Source: an uncultured Methanomassiliicoccales archaeon
Lineage (GTDB): Archaea > Thermoplasmatota > Thermoplasmata > Methanomassiliicoccales > UBA472
Length of the DNA stretch: 64,000 nt
Assembly: GCA_963695345.1 (NCBI GenBank)
Contig: OY968769.1
Location: 1,632,001 to 1,696,000 of the forward strand
Direction of reading: 5' to 3'
Of the stretch, positions 42,876 to 53,356 are shown piece by piece. Position numbers and translations under genes: made by a program. Every line of letters starts with the position of its first letter. Within the stretch, counting starts at the first letter, position 1. Below the pieces are notes generated by a model, which was given only the letters and a program-made list of their open reading frames with translations, was not told the origin of the DNA and did no database searches.

Positions 42876-43802
42876 TTAGCCTTTTTCCGGGGACATCATC
42901 GTAATGATAGAGTTCGGCTCTTCGAGGCCATCCCCAAACGACATGCGGGTCGGTCCCTCCCTCTGCTCAATGCCCAATGACCTGACAAGCCTGGCCGCCC
43001 CCATGTTGTTGCCTGGAACGCAAAGCTTGAATGTGGCGGCCCCGATGCTCGACATCGCTGCCCTGATCAGGTTTTCAGCCAGATACATGTCTCCCCCTTC
43101 CACGACACATGGTCCCAGATCGATCCTGCCCTGCGCTTGCCTTCCCATGAGATATCCGGTGACCTCATCCCTGGTCCCGCAGGCAAAGAGATAACCATCC
43201 GGTTCCTCGAATAGGGCCTTCAGTATCCGGCTCCGGTCGATCCCCATCTCCCTTAGGTCGAGCCTCTCAATATCATCCAGCCTGGGACGGAACACTTCGA
43301 TCGCTGGCGGTTCGATATATTTCACGTTGCCCATGAACCTCAGCGACAGGAACTCCCTCCTAAAACCGAACCTCTCATAGAACGGTTCGACCCCGGGAAC
43401 GCTGTCCAGCTTGAAACTGGTCGCGCCCGAGCGCCTTGCCGATTCCAGGCAGTGGGACATCAGCGCCTCTCCGACGCGCCTGCCTCTGAGGTCCTTGCGA
43501 ACGATGAGCGAATTGATCCAGGCCACCCGGTCGTAGTTGATCGAGCCGATGATGCCCGCATCAAGACCGTCCACCGTCGCTTTGAAGTAGCCCTTGGGTT
43601 CAAGGCGCAGAAGCCTCCTCCAGTCCCCAAGACTGCGGTTCCATCCTTCCGAATCGGTCAACTCCTTTCCGAAATCGATGTCTCCCTCAGTGAACCGATC
43701 GATCTCTATGCTCACGAGACCGTTACCATTTTGCGGGCAAATAGTGTTATCGTTGACGGAACGCATAGTCACGATGTTACCCATATGACATCCAGTCGGC
43801 AA
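42876..43802 (-). CDS. GNAT acetyltransferase (YitH-like two-domain); start uncertain
   Basis: EGWNRSLGDWRRLL, LRGRRVGEALM, FYERFGF, LGPCV. Confidence 0.8.
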   Translation of the reverse strand: MPTGCHMGNIVTMRSVNDNTICPQNGNGLVSIEIDRFTEGDIDFGKELTDSEGWNRSLGDWRRLLRLEPKGYFKATVDGLDAGIIGSINYDRVAWINSLIVRKDLRGRRVGEALMSHCLESARRSGATSFKLDSVPGVEPFYERFGFRREFLSLRFMGNVKYIEPPAIEVFRPRLDDIERLDLREMGIDRSRILKALFEEPDGYLFACGTRDEVTGYLMGRQAQGRIDLGPCVVEGGDMYLAENLIRAAMSSIGAATFKLCVPGNNMGAARLVRSLGIEQREGPTRMSFGDGLEEPNSIITMMSPEKG

Positions 43803-43841
43803 GGGTTATAGTATCGGGCCTTCGATATCATCCCGATCCCG

Positions 43842-44585
43842 ATGAAGGTCAGATTCCTTGGCACCAATGGATGGTATGATTCTCCGACCGGACTAACCAC
43901 ATGCCTGCTCGTAGACACCGAGGAATGCCACATCGTTCTCGACGCGGGAAACGGGTTTTACAAGATCGACGAGCTCATCAAGGATGAGAAGCCGATCTAC
44001 GTTTTCCTGAGCCATCCGCACCTGGACCACATCTCCGGGTTCCACACGCTGAACAAGTACAAGTTCACACAGGGCATGAAGATCATCGGGCAGCCTGGGT
44101 CCAAGGAGGTGCTTGGTCGGATCATCGCCCCTCCGTTCACGGTCCCGTTCGAACTGCTGCCATGCAAGGTAGAGGTGGTGGAGGTGGCCGAGGGTCGCCA
44201 TGAGAAGCCGGTACGGTTCGAATGCCGGTATCTGATACACAGCACACCGTGCTTCGGCTACCGATTCGAAGTGGACGGCAAGATACTGGCATTCTGCACC
44301 GACACCGGTGTGTGCGAGAGCGCCATCGAGCTGTGCCGAGATGCCGACCTCATGATAACCGAATGTTCCTTCAAACCTGGTCAATCCAGCGCTACCTGGC
44401 CCCACCTGAACCCGGAGGACGCGGTCAACATGGCATTGAAGGCCAACGCCAAACGCCTGGCCCTGGTCCACTTCGATGCCGCCTTATACACGACGATCGC
44501 CGACCGGTACGAAGCGGTCGAGCCGATGAAACAGAGGTTCAAGGACATCTTCGTCGCTGAGGACGATAAGGAACTTACCGTATGA
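43842..44585 (+). CDS. MBL-fold metallohydrolase (RNase Z-like)
   Basis: FLGTNG, LDAGNG, SHPHLDHISG, TDT, HLNP, LVHF. Confidence 0.85.
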   Translation: MKVRFLGTNGWYDSPTGLTTCLLVDTEECHIVLDAGNGFYKIDELIKDEKPIYVFLSHPHLDHISGFHTLNKYKFTQGMKIIGQPGSKEVLGRIIAPPFTVPFELLPCKVEVVEVAEGRHEKPVRFECRYLIHSTPCFGYRFEVDGKILAFCTDTGVCESAIELCRDADLMITECSFKPGQSSATWPHLNPEDAVNMALKANAKRLALVHFDAALYTTIADRYEAVEPMKQRFKDIFVAEDDKELTV

Positions 44586-44628
44586 CCAGTCCGTCAATCA
44601 GCAACTATTTCTGTCAAATGATCAATCC

Positions 44629-46068
44629 ATGGGCGTGCTCAGCAAGGAAGTGCTCGACCAATTGACGGCGATAGTCGGCCCGGAAAACCTTTCCACCCGG
44701 AGCGCCGACCTCTATACCTATGGCTTCGATTCGTCCATCCATCACGCCAACGCGGAGGTCGTGGTCCGACCCGGGAACGCCGGGGAGGTGTCCGGGATAG
44801 TCAAGGTGGCCGCCAAGCACAAGATACCAATCACCGCCCGGGGAGGGGGGACCGGCCTTTGCGGGGGGGCGGTCCCGCTCTTCGGCGGCATCGTTCTGCA
44901 GACTACCAGAATGAACCGGATCAAGGAGGTCCGGGTCGAGGACCTCTACTGCGTCGTGGAGGCGGGCGTCGTCTATGATAAGCTGAACGAGGCGTTGGCG
45001 CCGAAAAAGTTCTTCTTCCCCACCGCTCCAGGCAGCGGGGAGGCATGCACCATCGGGGGGATGGTGGCGACCAACGCGTCGGGCATGAGGGCGATCAAGT
45101 ACGGGGCCACCAGGGACTACGTACTGGGGCTGAAGGTGGTTCTAGCCAATGGAGAGGAGATGGAGGTCGGCACCAGGACGCTGAAGAACTCCTCAGGGTA
45201 CCAGCTGGAGCGTCTTTTCGTGGGCAGCGAGGGGACTCTGGGGATCGTCACTGAGATCACCCTGAAAGTATCGCCAAGGCCGAAGTCATCGGCGATGGTC
45301 GTGGCGGCTTTCGATACCCTGGAAGCCGCTGGTAGGTGCGTCTCGAGGCTGATCGCAACGCCGCTGCTCCCCTCCGCCACCGAGCTGATGGACAGGACCT
45401 GCATCCAGGCGGTGAACAAGGCGATCAATGCCGGCCTGCCGGACTGCGAGGCGCTCTGCATGATCGAGGTCGACGGAGACCCGTTCGTGGTCGACAAGGA
45501 GTCCGAGGCGGTGCAGAAAGTGTGCCATGACATCGGCGCCTCAAGCGTCCAGTACTCCAAGGACCCGAAGCAGATGGCCAGTTGGACCAATGCCCGAAAA
45601 TCGGTCATGTCGGCGCTGAGCCGCTACGGGGAGAGGTCGGTGTCGGTTTCCCTGGCGGACGACATGGCGGTCCCCATCTCCCGGATTCCGGAAGCGGTGG
45701 TCGCGTTCCAAAGGATATCTTCCGAGAACGGCATCATCGTCGGTACCTACGGCCATGCGGCCGACGGGAACCTGCACACCAAGCTATTGGTCGACCCAGA
45801 TTCCGAGGATTCTTGGAGGCACGCCGAAAAGACGGTGAGCGAGATATACGATGTGGTCATCTCGCTCGGCGGGACGGTCACCGGCGAGCACGGTATCGGG
45901 ATCACCAAGGCCCCGTTCCTCAAGAAGGAAAGGCCGACGGCGCTCTCCACCATGCTGAACATCAAAAAAGCCCTGGACCCGGACAACATCCTCAACCCCG
46001 GCAAGCTGGCCCAATGGGAGGGCGGCATCATCACCCGCCTGAGGTACCCCTGCAAGGACCTGGATTGA
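44629..46068 (+). CDS. FAD-linked oxidase (GlcD / D-lactate dehydrogenase family)
   Basis: RGGGTGLCGG, TIGGMVATNASG, GSEGTLG, GHAADGNLH, GEHGIG, LNPGK. Confidence 0.9.
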   Translation: MGVLSKEVLDQLTAIVGPENLSTRSADLYTYGFDSSIHHANAEVVVRPGNAGEVSGIVKVAAKHKIPITARGGGTGLCGGAVPLFGGIVLQTTRMNRIKEVRVEDLYCVVEAGVVYDKLNEALAPKKFFFPTAPGSGEACTIGGMVATNASGMRAIKYGATRDYVLGLKVVLANGEEMEVGTRTLKNSSGYQLERLFVGSEGTLGIVTEITLKVSPRPKSSAMVVAAFDTLEAAGRCVSRLIATPLLPSATELMDRTCIQAVNKAINAGLPDCEALCMIEVDGDPFVVDKESEAVQKVCHDIGASSVQYSKDPKQMASWTNARKSVMSALSRYGERSVSVSLADDMAVPISRIPEAVVAFQRISSENGIIVGTYGHAADGNLHTKLLVDPDSEDSWRHAEKTVSEIYDVVISLGGTVTGEHGIGITKAPFLKKERPTALSTMLNIKKALDPDNILNPGKLAQWEGGIITRLRYPCKDLD

Positions 46069-46099
46069 TCGATTCGTCCGGTCTTTGAACCTCATTCCT

Positions 46100-46759
46100 C
46101 TACCATATTGAGATGTATCCCATGACCAGCAGCAGGGAGACGCCCGTCATGGCCACCATGGCCAGATAGACCGGTATCGACCAGATCGCGATCTTGTATC
46201 CGTCCAGCGGCGGGATCGGGATCAGATTGAACCCGCCCAGGAACAGGCTCATCAACGCCACCAGGTTGAGGATCAGGCCGGTCGTGCCGAACGGAAAGGC
46301 AAGCCAGGCGATAAGGAAGACCCCGCCGATGGCCAGGTTGACAATGGGTCCAGCCAGGCTGATGATCCCGTTCTGTCTCTTGGTGACCCGACCGGAGATG
46401 TACACCGCCCCGGGCGCGGCGAACAGGGCGCCCAGGAACGACATCATGACCGCCAGCATCAGTCCGAGGGGATACATCCTGAACTCTGCCCAGGCGCCAT
46501 AGCGCTGGGCCACGAACTTGTGGCCGAGCTCATGCAGAAGGAAACCTGCGAGGACGACCAACGCCGACACTCCCACGGTTACCGGCAAGGCCCCCATATA
46601 GGACATTCCCAGGGAGGACGCCAGTCCCCGGTTGAGGTAGATCGTGAATGCCAGCGTCAGAGCAGCCACTCCGATCAGGATATGGATGATCTCCACCTTG
46701 CTGAAACGTATCTTGCCATACCCTTCGGGGATGTAGACAGTGTTGTACTCGGGGAACAT
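46100..46759 (-). CDS. Site-2 protease (M50) family membrane metalloprotease
   Basis: HELGH, AGPIVN, FNLIPIPPLDG. Confidence 0.9.
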   Translation of the reverse strand: MFPEYNTVYIPEGYGKIRFSKVEIIHILIGVAALTLAFTIYLNRGLASSLGMSYMGALPVTVGVSALVVLAGFLLHELGHKFVAQRYGAWAEFRMYPLGLMLAVMMSFLGALFAAPGAVYISGRVTKRQNGIISLAGPIVNLAIGGVFLIAWLAFPFGTTGLILNLVALMSLFLGGFNLIPIPPLDGYKIAIWSIPVYLAMVAMTGVSLLLVMGYISIW

Positions 46760-46869
46760 AGATTCGCTTACCCTCGATTTCTGGACGACTAGTTAAACCT
46801 TGGGCGGTAACTTCATATCGTCCCGATGGCCGGCGGACGGTACAAAAACGGATATCTTTTTGTACGGGT

Positions 46870-48792
46870 GTGCGGAATAGCAGCCGTTCCCAAATGTCAC
46901 ATTTTCTGCATGGCAAGGCACTGTTCCGTTGGTGCGATAGGTGCGGCACCCTGCTCCTGGGAGGCGGATGCGATATCTGCGGGGGAAGCGGGCGGGAATT
47001 CGAGGTGTCACTTCCCGGAGACATCCGGCCAGCCATGGGCAAGGCGGCCGAAGGGGTGGCGCTGCTTCTGCGAAAACACTTCGGCTCGAGCGTTCCCACC
47101 GATAGCAAGCTCATATTCCTCAACAAGGTGGCCGGGGAGGACCGGTCCGATGAGATAGTGGTCGATGGAAGGATAATCGGGACCATGCGATTCGATGTCC
47201 GGACGAAGGAATTCGACCTCGACCTGAAGATGGACGGTGCGCAGCTACTTCTTCCAGTGGCAAAGAAAGGCGTTGTCACCGTGGCCAAGCTGACCGGGCA
47301 CCTGAAGGGCAAGAAGGTCTCCGGACCGGAGATCGTGGAGATCAGGGGAGACTTCTCCCAGGGGGACCCGCTGATCGTTGTGTCCGGCAACACGCTGTGC
47401 AGCGCAGTGGCCAAAGTCGGCTCCGGCGAGGCGAGGACGGCGGAGAAGGCCATCCTGATCCGGGACGTGGGTAAGGTGGAGAAGGCCCCGTTCGGAAAAA
47501 GGGCCTCGAGGCAGGACTTCGTCGCCGCGAACCGGAAGTTCCTGGATGGTCTGGAGTCCAAGGGAGTCAGCGACATCAAGTCCTTCGTTGGCAACCGGGG
47601 GCTTCCGGTCACCCTATCGTTCAGCGGAGGGAAGGATTCACTGGCCGCATATGGCATTGCCAAGAAGGCGAAGCTTAAGATGACCCTCATCTTCATCGAC
47701 ACCGGCCTGGAATTCCCGGACACGGTCGATTATGTCCACAACTTTGTGGCCAAGCACAACGAGCAGCTGATCGAGGCTTCGGCGGGGAACGCATTCTGGG
47801 AGCAGGTGGACACATTCGGGCCGCCCGCCAAGGACTTCCGCTGGTGCTGCAAAGTATGCAAGCTCGGACCGGTAACCACGGCGATCGAGGAGAACTATCC
47901 CAAGGGGACGATCACCATCGAGGGCAACCGCGGCCTGGAGTCGTTCTCCCGGTCCCGGATGAACTTCGTCGAGACCAATCCCTTCGTGCCCAATCAGACC
48001 ATCCTCAATCCGATCAAGGATTGGAGGGCGGCGGACGTGTGGGGGTACATATGGCTGCGCGGTCTGGATTTCAACCCACTATACGAACAGGACTTCGAGC
48101 GTATCGGCTGCTACCTGTGCGCCTCCTGCCTGGAGAGCGAATGGAAGAGGACCTCCGAGCTCCATCCCAAACTGTACAGCGACTGGCAGGCCTACCTTGA
48201 CCAATGGTCCAAGCGGGTCGGTGTGGGGCCGGACTTCATCCGGTACGGTCTATGGCGCTGGAAGGTGCTGCCGCCCAAGATGAGGCAGCTGGCGGACGAG
48301 GTCAACCTGAAGGTGCCCCAGGCCAGGTCGGACCGGTTGGAGCTCAGGATGACCAAGGGAGTGAGCCCGTGCCTGACCGGTGGATACACTATCGAGGGAG
48401 TGCTCATCGTTCCCAAGAAGCGCGATTTCTCCCGCGTCGGTGAGACGTTGAAGACGGTCGGCAAGGTGAAGCTGTCGGAGGAGTTCGAGATCGCCCTGGT
48501 CAAGAACCGGGAAGGGACGGTCAAGGTATTCGGGGGCGGTCAGGTGCTGGCCACCGCGCCGACGGAAGGTGCGGCCCAGAAGCTGTTCGAATCCGGGGTG
48601 AAGGCGATACTCAAGGCCCAGATGTGCACCCGATGCAACATCTGCGTGAAGAACTGCCCGCAGCGCGCGATCAGGATCGAGGATGCTCCGCTGATCATCG
48701 AAGAGCGGTGCAACCAGTGCGGCAGATGCACGGATGCCTGCGTGGTCGCCCATTACTACGACAAGTTAGTGTCCGGGAAGGAAAGGGTCTGA
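46870..48792 (+). CDS. PAPS-reductase-family protein with PUA-like and ferredoxin domains
   Basis: SFSGGKDS, DTGLEFP, RWCCKVCK, RIGCYLC, two C-terminal 4Fe-4S motifs. Confidence 0.88.
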   Translation: MRNSSRSQMSHFLHGKALFRWCDRCGTLLLGGGCDICGGSGREFEVSLPGDIRPAMGKAAEGVALLLRKHFGSSVPTDSKLIFLNKVAGEDRSDEIVVDGRIIGTMRFDVRTKEFDLDLKMDGAQLLLPVAKKGVVTVAKLTGHLKGKKVSGPEIVEIRGDFSQGDPLIVVSGNTLCSAVAKVGSGEARTAEKAILIRDVGKVEKAPFGKRASRQDFVAANRKFLDGLESKGVSDIKSFVGNRGLPVTLSFSGGKDSLAAYGIAKKAKLKMTLIFIDTGLEFPDTVDYVHNFVAKHNEQLIEASAGNAFWEQVDTFGPPAKDFRWCCKVCKLGPVTTAIEENYPKGTITIEGNRGLESFSRSRMNFVETNPFVPNQTILNPIKDWRAADVWGYIWLRGLDFNPLYEQDFERIGCYLCASCLESEWKRTSELHPKLYSDWQAYLDQWSKRVGVGPDFIRYGLWRWKVLPPKMRQLADEVNLKVPQARSDRLELRMTKGVSPCLTGGYTIEGVLIVPKKRDFSRVGETLKTVGKVKLSEEFEIALVKNREGTVKVFGGGQVLATAPTEGAAQKLFESGVKAILKAQMCTRCNICVKNCPQRAIRIEDAPLIIEERCNQCGRCTDACVVAHYYDKLVSGKERV

Positions 48793-48850
48793 AGTGCGGA
48801 TAGCTCCAGGACATGATATTATATCGTTGAGCGTCTTCCCCGGAGCGTAA

Positions 48851-49543
48851 ATGAATTACGACATGTTCATCGCCGGTGCCATAGGATTTGCGCCAGCCAT
48901 CCTGTTGATGTTCTACACCTTGAAGAACTACACCTATCCGGCTGTGGAAAGGCCGTTCTTCGACGACCGCAAGGTATTCTTCATGTTCACCGTCGGCATC
49001 ATGTTCGGTGTCGTCCTGGCGAGCCTCAATTACCTCTTTGTTTCCGGCGATGCCATTTCGCTGATCGTCTTTGCCCTGCTGTTCGCTCTGCTGGAAGAGA
49101 TGGCCAAGTTCGTCATCCTGAACATGCGGCGGTTCCTGCAGAAGCTGGACACCACGTTCTACGGGGTCACCCTGGGTCTGGGCATGGGCAGCACCACCGG
49201 TTTCGGGGCCGCCTTCTTCGCACTGACAGCGCTCAAGGGACAGGCCGGTGTCCTGGACTATGTCTTCCTGATCCTGCTCGCCACCCAGTTGGTCCTCCTC
49301 CACGGGGCGACCACCACCACGATCGCCATAGGGTCCGCCCGCGGCAATCCCTGGCCGTTCCTGATCCAGGCGATCATGATACACCTGGCGGTGAATCTGT
49401 TGATGGTCCCCTACTATCTGGGGGAAAAGCCCCTCGGCTTCATCAGCTTCGCACTGGCACTGGGTTTCCTGGCGTTATTACTACCGGCACGTCTACAGAA
49501 CAATGATACCGGACGTGGTCAACGGAGGCATTATCAAGAATGA
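48851..49543 (+). CDS. PrsW-like membrane protein
   Basis: LLEEMAK, GLGMG, LLHG, IHLAVN motifs in TM segments. Confidence 0.65.
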   Translation: MNYDMFIAGAIGFAPAILLMFYTLKNYTYPAVERPFFDDRKVFFMFTVGIMFGVVLASLNYLFVSGDAISLIVFALLFALLEEMAKFVILNMRRFLQKLDTTFYGVTLGLGMGSTTGFGAAFFALTALKGQAGVLDYVFLILLATQLVLLHGATTTTIAIGSARGNPWPFLIQAIMIHLAVNLLMVPYYLGEKPLGFISFALALGFLALLLPARLQNNDTGRGQRRHYQE

Positions 49544-49590
49544 AGCATGCGTCAAAACGTTAATATCGGCAAGGGTCCATTGAACTCATT

Positions 49591-50820
49591 GTGGAGCAGA
49601 CACGCCCAGATCCGGCCCAGCAGACGTACCCACAGCAGTACCATCAGACATATCGGACCTCCACCGCCGCCTCATCCCGGCCCCAGTCAGATGCCTCCTC
49701 CAAAGCGGAAGAACAAGGGGGCCCTCAAAGCCGGTGTTGTGCTTGTCGTCGTCATCATAATCGCCATCATTCTGATCATGCCCTCCACGCAGGATTTCCT
49801 GAAGAAGATCGTTCATCTCACCGTTCCAGGATTCAGTACCCGGAATATGCGGACATATCCTTCCAGAGGACGTTCACGGTCGGTGCGAACGGGGGCACTC
49901 TGATCAACTTCACGGTAGCCGCGATCAAGCCGCAGAACATTTCCCAGGAAGGAGTGAACCTTCAGCTGGTGTAATCCTTCTCCACTAATCCCGCGGTCAG
50001 TACCACTATCCAGCGCGGTTCGGCCACCGGTCTCATCTGGAACGGCGGTCAGCTCACCGGTCAGGGAAGTACACCATCACCATGACAATACCAGGTCAGG
50101 GAGACGACCAGGATATGGAGCCTGACGTCAAGCCGATTCGGGCACGATCAGACCAGATCCCATCCTCTCTCAAGGCCATTTACCTGGGCGACGAATGGAA
50201 GATCATTGGCCACCGACCCGAGCATTGTCGCTTTGTCGAAGCAGATCAACGGCGACGAGACAGAACGTCTACACCATCCTCAAGTCCACCTATGACTGGG
50301 TCACTAAGAACATCGATTACCCCGGTTCGCCGGTGCCCGGTGAACCGAAGACGTCGCTGGAGACCCTCCAGACGCAGGGTCGGCGACTGCGATGACCAAT
50401 CGAACCTATTCCTCGGCCTCATACGAGCCGCCGGCGTTCCCGGATGGCTCCAGCTGGGGGCACTGTACAACCCGACATCCAAGCCAGATGGAAGGCCATG
50501 CCTGGGTCCAGACCTACGTATCATACGCCAATGGCGGCGGCGTCTACGTCAACATCGACCTGGTCAACAAGAACTTCCTGGATCTGGAAGCCGTCCTTGG
50601 TCTGCGACTACACCGACAACGGGAACGCCATGGACCTGAGGAACTACTATTACACCTTCTACAGCGTGTACGACCCGGACACCTACTCCGTCTGGGGCGG
50701 GCCCGTCGTTCGACGGATAGCTTCACCATCCTGAGCTACAACGAGTCGCCGAACAGGATCACCGTCAATCAATTGGCGGACGGCGGATACGCTTCATTGC
50801 TGGCAGTCAGCCGATCATAA
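49591..50820 (+). pseudogene. Membrane-anchored transglutaminase-like protein, heavily disrupted
   Basis: Fragments give a Pro-rich N-terminus + TM, GDCDDQSNLF..IRAAGVP, GHAWVQ, NID (Cys-His-Asp triad); many frameshifts plus an in-frame TAA at 49972. Confidence 0.65.
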
Positions 50821-51268
50821 AGGGCGGTATCGACCAGGCTTAGGTTCGTAGACGATGCCTTCGTTCAGCATGACCGCGGCGATCTTGGCCGGGTCCAGGT
50901 CATAGCCTTCCTTCGCCAGGACATCCCTCAGGTCGTCCAGGCTGAACCCCGCCTCGCACTCCAACGAGTGTGCCAGTAGCACCATCCCGTCAAAGTCCAG
51001 CGATTGGTTCTTCGACCTTCTTCCGTTGCTCCTCGGAGGCCTGGCGGGCGAGGATGACGTCATCCCCGTAATCCTCGATGGAATGCTGCTGTCGGGAACT
51101 TGTGCGGCGGACGGCCTCCGCCAGTTCGAGCTCGTTATCGGTCTGAAAATAGACGCGCATGCGGTCCACCTCGGAGTGGAGGCCGCAGCCAGGACATTTT
51201 GAGGTTTTTACCGAGAGGTCGACCCCTCGGGCCCTATTGCATCTCGGGCAGATGATCACCCCGAACAT
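50815..51268 (-). CDS. DUF1922-like zinc-finger protein with C-terminal wHTH (frameshifted)
   Basis: ICPRC...KCPGCG; second fragment ends EGIVYEPKPGRY. Confidence 0.65.
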
Positions 51269-51738
51269 CAGTACTCAACGAATACCAACGAGCCGAGGCA
51301 GGTGCCGTAATGGTCCATGGGGATGGAGAGTTCCTCAGCGGCGTATCGGATCGGCTTAAGCTCGATGTCCCTGAGATTCGCCATCTCGTTCATCTTCCAT
51401 TCCAGGACCTCGCGCAGCGCCTTCTTGGTGCCGTGCATGTGTCCCTCTGCGACATAGCCGCCCTGTCCGTCCTTGCGGAAGGCGTAGGCGATACCGGCGG
51501 AGATCATCTCACCCTCACCGCCTCTCATCTGAGCGAGGACGCAATGAGTGATGGAGCCCATCGGCAGGTCCCGCGGCGCCACCTGCTTGGCGCCTACCGG
51601 CAGGACCGAGGATACGGAGACCAGGTTAAGTTCGCCAATCTTTGCCTCTTTCAAGGCCTGGTCGAACGCATTGAGGTCCGAGACCTTGGAGACGGCGCAG
51701 CCTGAAGTGACAAAGAATTTCTTTGGCAGTAAGTTCAT
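51268..51738 (-). CDS. pdaD: Pyruvoyl-dependent arginine decarboxylase
   Basis: PKKFFVTSG, NAFDQAL, NLVSVSSVLP cleavage motif. Confidence 0.9.
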   Translation of the reverse strand: MNLLPKKFFVTSGCAVSKVSDLNAFDQALKEAKIGELNLVSVSSVLPVGAKQVAPRDLPMGSITHCVLAQMRGGEGEMISAGIAYAFRKDGQGGYVAEGHMHGTKKALREVLEWKMNEMANLRDIELKPIRYAAEELSIPMDHYGTCLGSLVFVEY

Positions 51739-51794
51739 ATTTCCGATGTAAATTTATTAAGGAATTTAAGCGTTTGCATAAATGCGGGCGCGCC

Positions 51795-52748
51795 TTATTT
51801 CAGTTCCAGAAGTCGCAGTTCCCGTTCCAGCAATCGAACGTCCTTCTGATTGAGCGTTTCTGGCGACAGGGGCAGCAGAAGTATCCCTTCATGCATCGCG
51901 ATATTGTCGTTGATCAGTTGTATGAACTTTAGGATCTTCGAGAAATTGTTCTGACTGATGAGATACTCCAACCCGGAGATGAGCACTATCGGCTTGGCGG
52001 ATGTTCCCAGGAAGTTCTTGATCTCCGAGTAGATCAGGGGGACGTTGGTCGGTTCGCGGCCGTACTTGTTCTGGATCTCGTAGGAGAGCCAGAGGTATGG
52101 GACTTGGTTAAGCCCCCATCTCTTCTGGACCTTTTCAGGATACTCTCTGGCCACGATCATTCCCTTGCGGCCCTCGGACATCTGGTCGAGGAAGATGTCA
52201 TAGGCGATCGATGGATCCGTCACCTCCAGAAGGTAGGAGTTGCTCGACTCCAGCACATACTTCCGATCCCCCGCCGGACGCTCGATCGGCGCCTCGGAGG
52301 TGATGTATGTCGTCCTCGGGGTAAGTACGTGGACGCATCTTTCCGAACCCTCTGATATGCACGAGACCTCGGTCGATTCGTATTTCTTGCCGAGCAACGA
52401 AGAGACCACTCCTGCCAGGTATCCACGGGTGAAATCACAGCGGTGACCGAATTTCGCTTCTAGGGATTCATGGAACGTGACCATTATCTGATGGTCGGTG
52501 ATCACATCGATATGGATCCGGCTCAGACCGGTCTCCGACCATATCTGGGTAAGCATATCCTCGGCCTGTTTCAGATCGCTGCAATGGATGTCCAGGCTAT
52601 TGAGCAGTCCGACCCCGGCCCGGTAACCGTAGCGCTCCAGTGTTTCAGCGGATGAAACACCATCCATCAGTTCCAGCTCTTCCCGCAGGTCCTTCAGGGC
52701 AGAGGCGGGCATGACGAAGAACGGTCTGCTCTCATCTGACATATTCAA
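51795..52748 (-). CDS. V4R domain + DUF835 (inactive KaiC/RecA-like) protein
   Basis: CDFTRGYLAG...EVSCISEGSERC (V4R); WLS..PTN..GLEYLISQNNF..LLEREL (DUF835). Confidence 0.8.
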   Translation of the reverse strand: MNMSDESRPFFVMPASALKDLREELELMDGVSSAETLERYGYRAGVGLLNSLDIHCSDLKQAEDMLTQIWSETGLSRIHIDVITDHQIMVTFHESLEAKFGHRCDFTRGYLAGVVSSLLGKKYESTEVSCISEGSERCVHVLTPRTTYITSEAPIERPAGDRKYVLESSNSYLLEVTDPSIAYDIFLDQMSEGRKGMIVAREYPEKVQKRWGLNQVPYLWLSYEIQNKYGREPTNVPLIYSEIKNFLGTSAKPIVLISGLEYLISQNNFSKILKFIQLINDNIAMHEGILLLPLSPETLNQKDVRLLERELRLLELK

Positions 52749-53251
52749 CCACCTACCATCAGTTTGCCGAGCTGGAGGAAAGCTTCCTCCACGCCCTCTC
52801 CAGTCTTTGCGCTGGTCCTCTTGAAATCCCGGCCTATGGGCTGCGATACTGCCTTGAGCGAATCATCGGTGACCCGTGCCGGCATGTCGCACTTGTTGGC
52901 CAAGGGAATGATCGGAACGTTGCCCGCCATCCGGGAGAAGTCCTGATACCAGGAGTGCAGGCTATCCAAGGTCTCCGGTCTGGTGCTGTCGCAGACCAGG
53001 AAAGCACCGTTCGCGCCGGAAAAATAGGCAGAGTGCATGGACGCACCATTTTTCTGACCAAGGATGTCCCATATCATCATGGTGAGCTCGATGTCCCCGA
53101 ACACTATGACCTTCTTTGAGACCTTCGCCCCGAAGGTAGAAATGTAATCATCACCGAAAACATCCAGAACGTAACGCCTGACAAGACTGGTCTTGCCGAC
53201 CGCGCCGTCACCTATCAAGCAGACCTTCCGTATGAATTGTTTCTTTTCCAT
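52745..53251 (-). CDS. Rab/Ras-like small GTPase
   Basis: G1 GDGAVGKTS, switch I DYISTFG, G3 WDILGQ, G4 NKCD, G5 TSAKTG. Confidence 0.9.
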   Translation of the reverse strand: MEKKQFIRKVCLIGDGAVGKTSLVRRYVLDVFGDDYISTFGAKVSKKVIVFGDIELTMMIWDILGQKNGASMHSAYFSGANGAFLVCDSTRPETLDSLHSWYQDFSRMAGNVPIIPLANKCDMPARVTDDSLKAVSQPIGRDFKRTSAKTGEGVEEAFLQLGKLMVGG

Positions 53252-53356
53252 GGTCCAGAGGTTGAATGCCTGGGTGCTCTATTAAAGGTTCTCCGACGGC
53301 ATCGAAGAATGATAATTAGGGCTGTTGTTCCTCATGACATCGTGATGCTGGACAGC

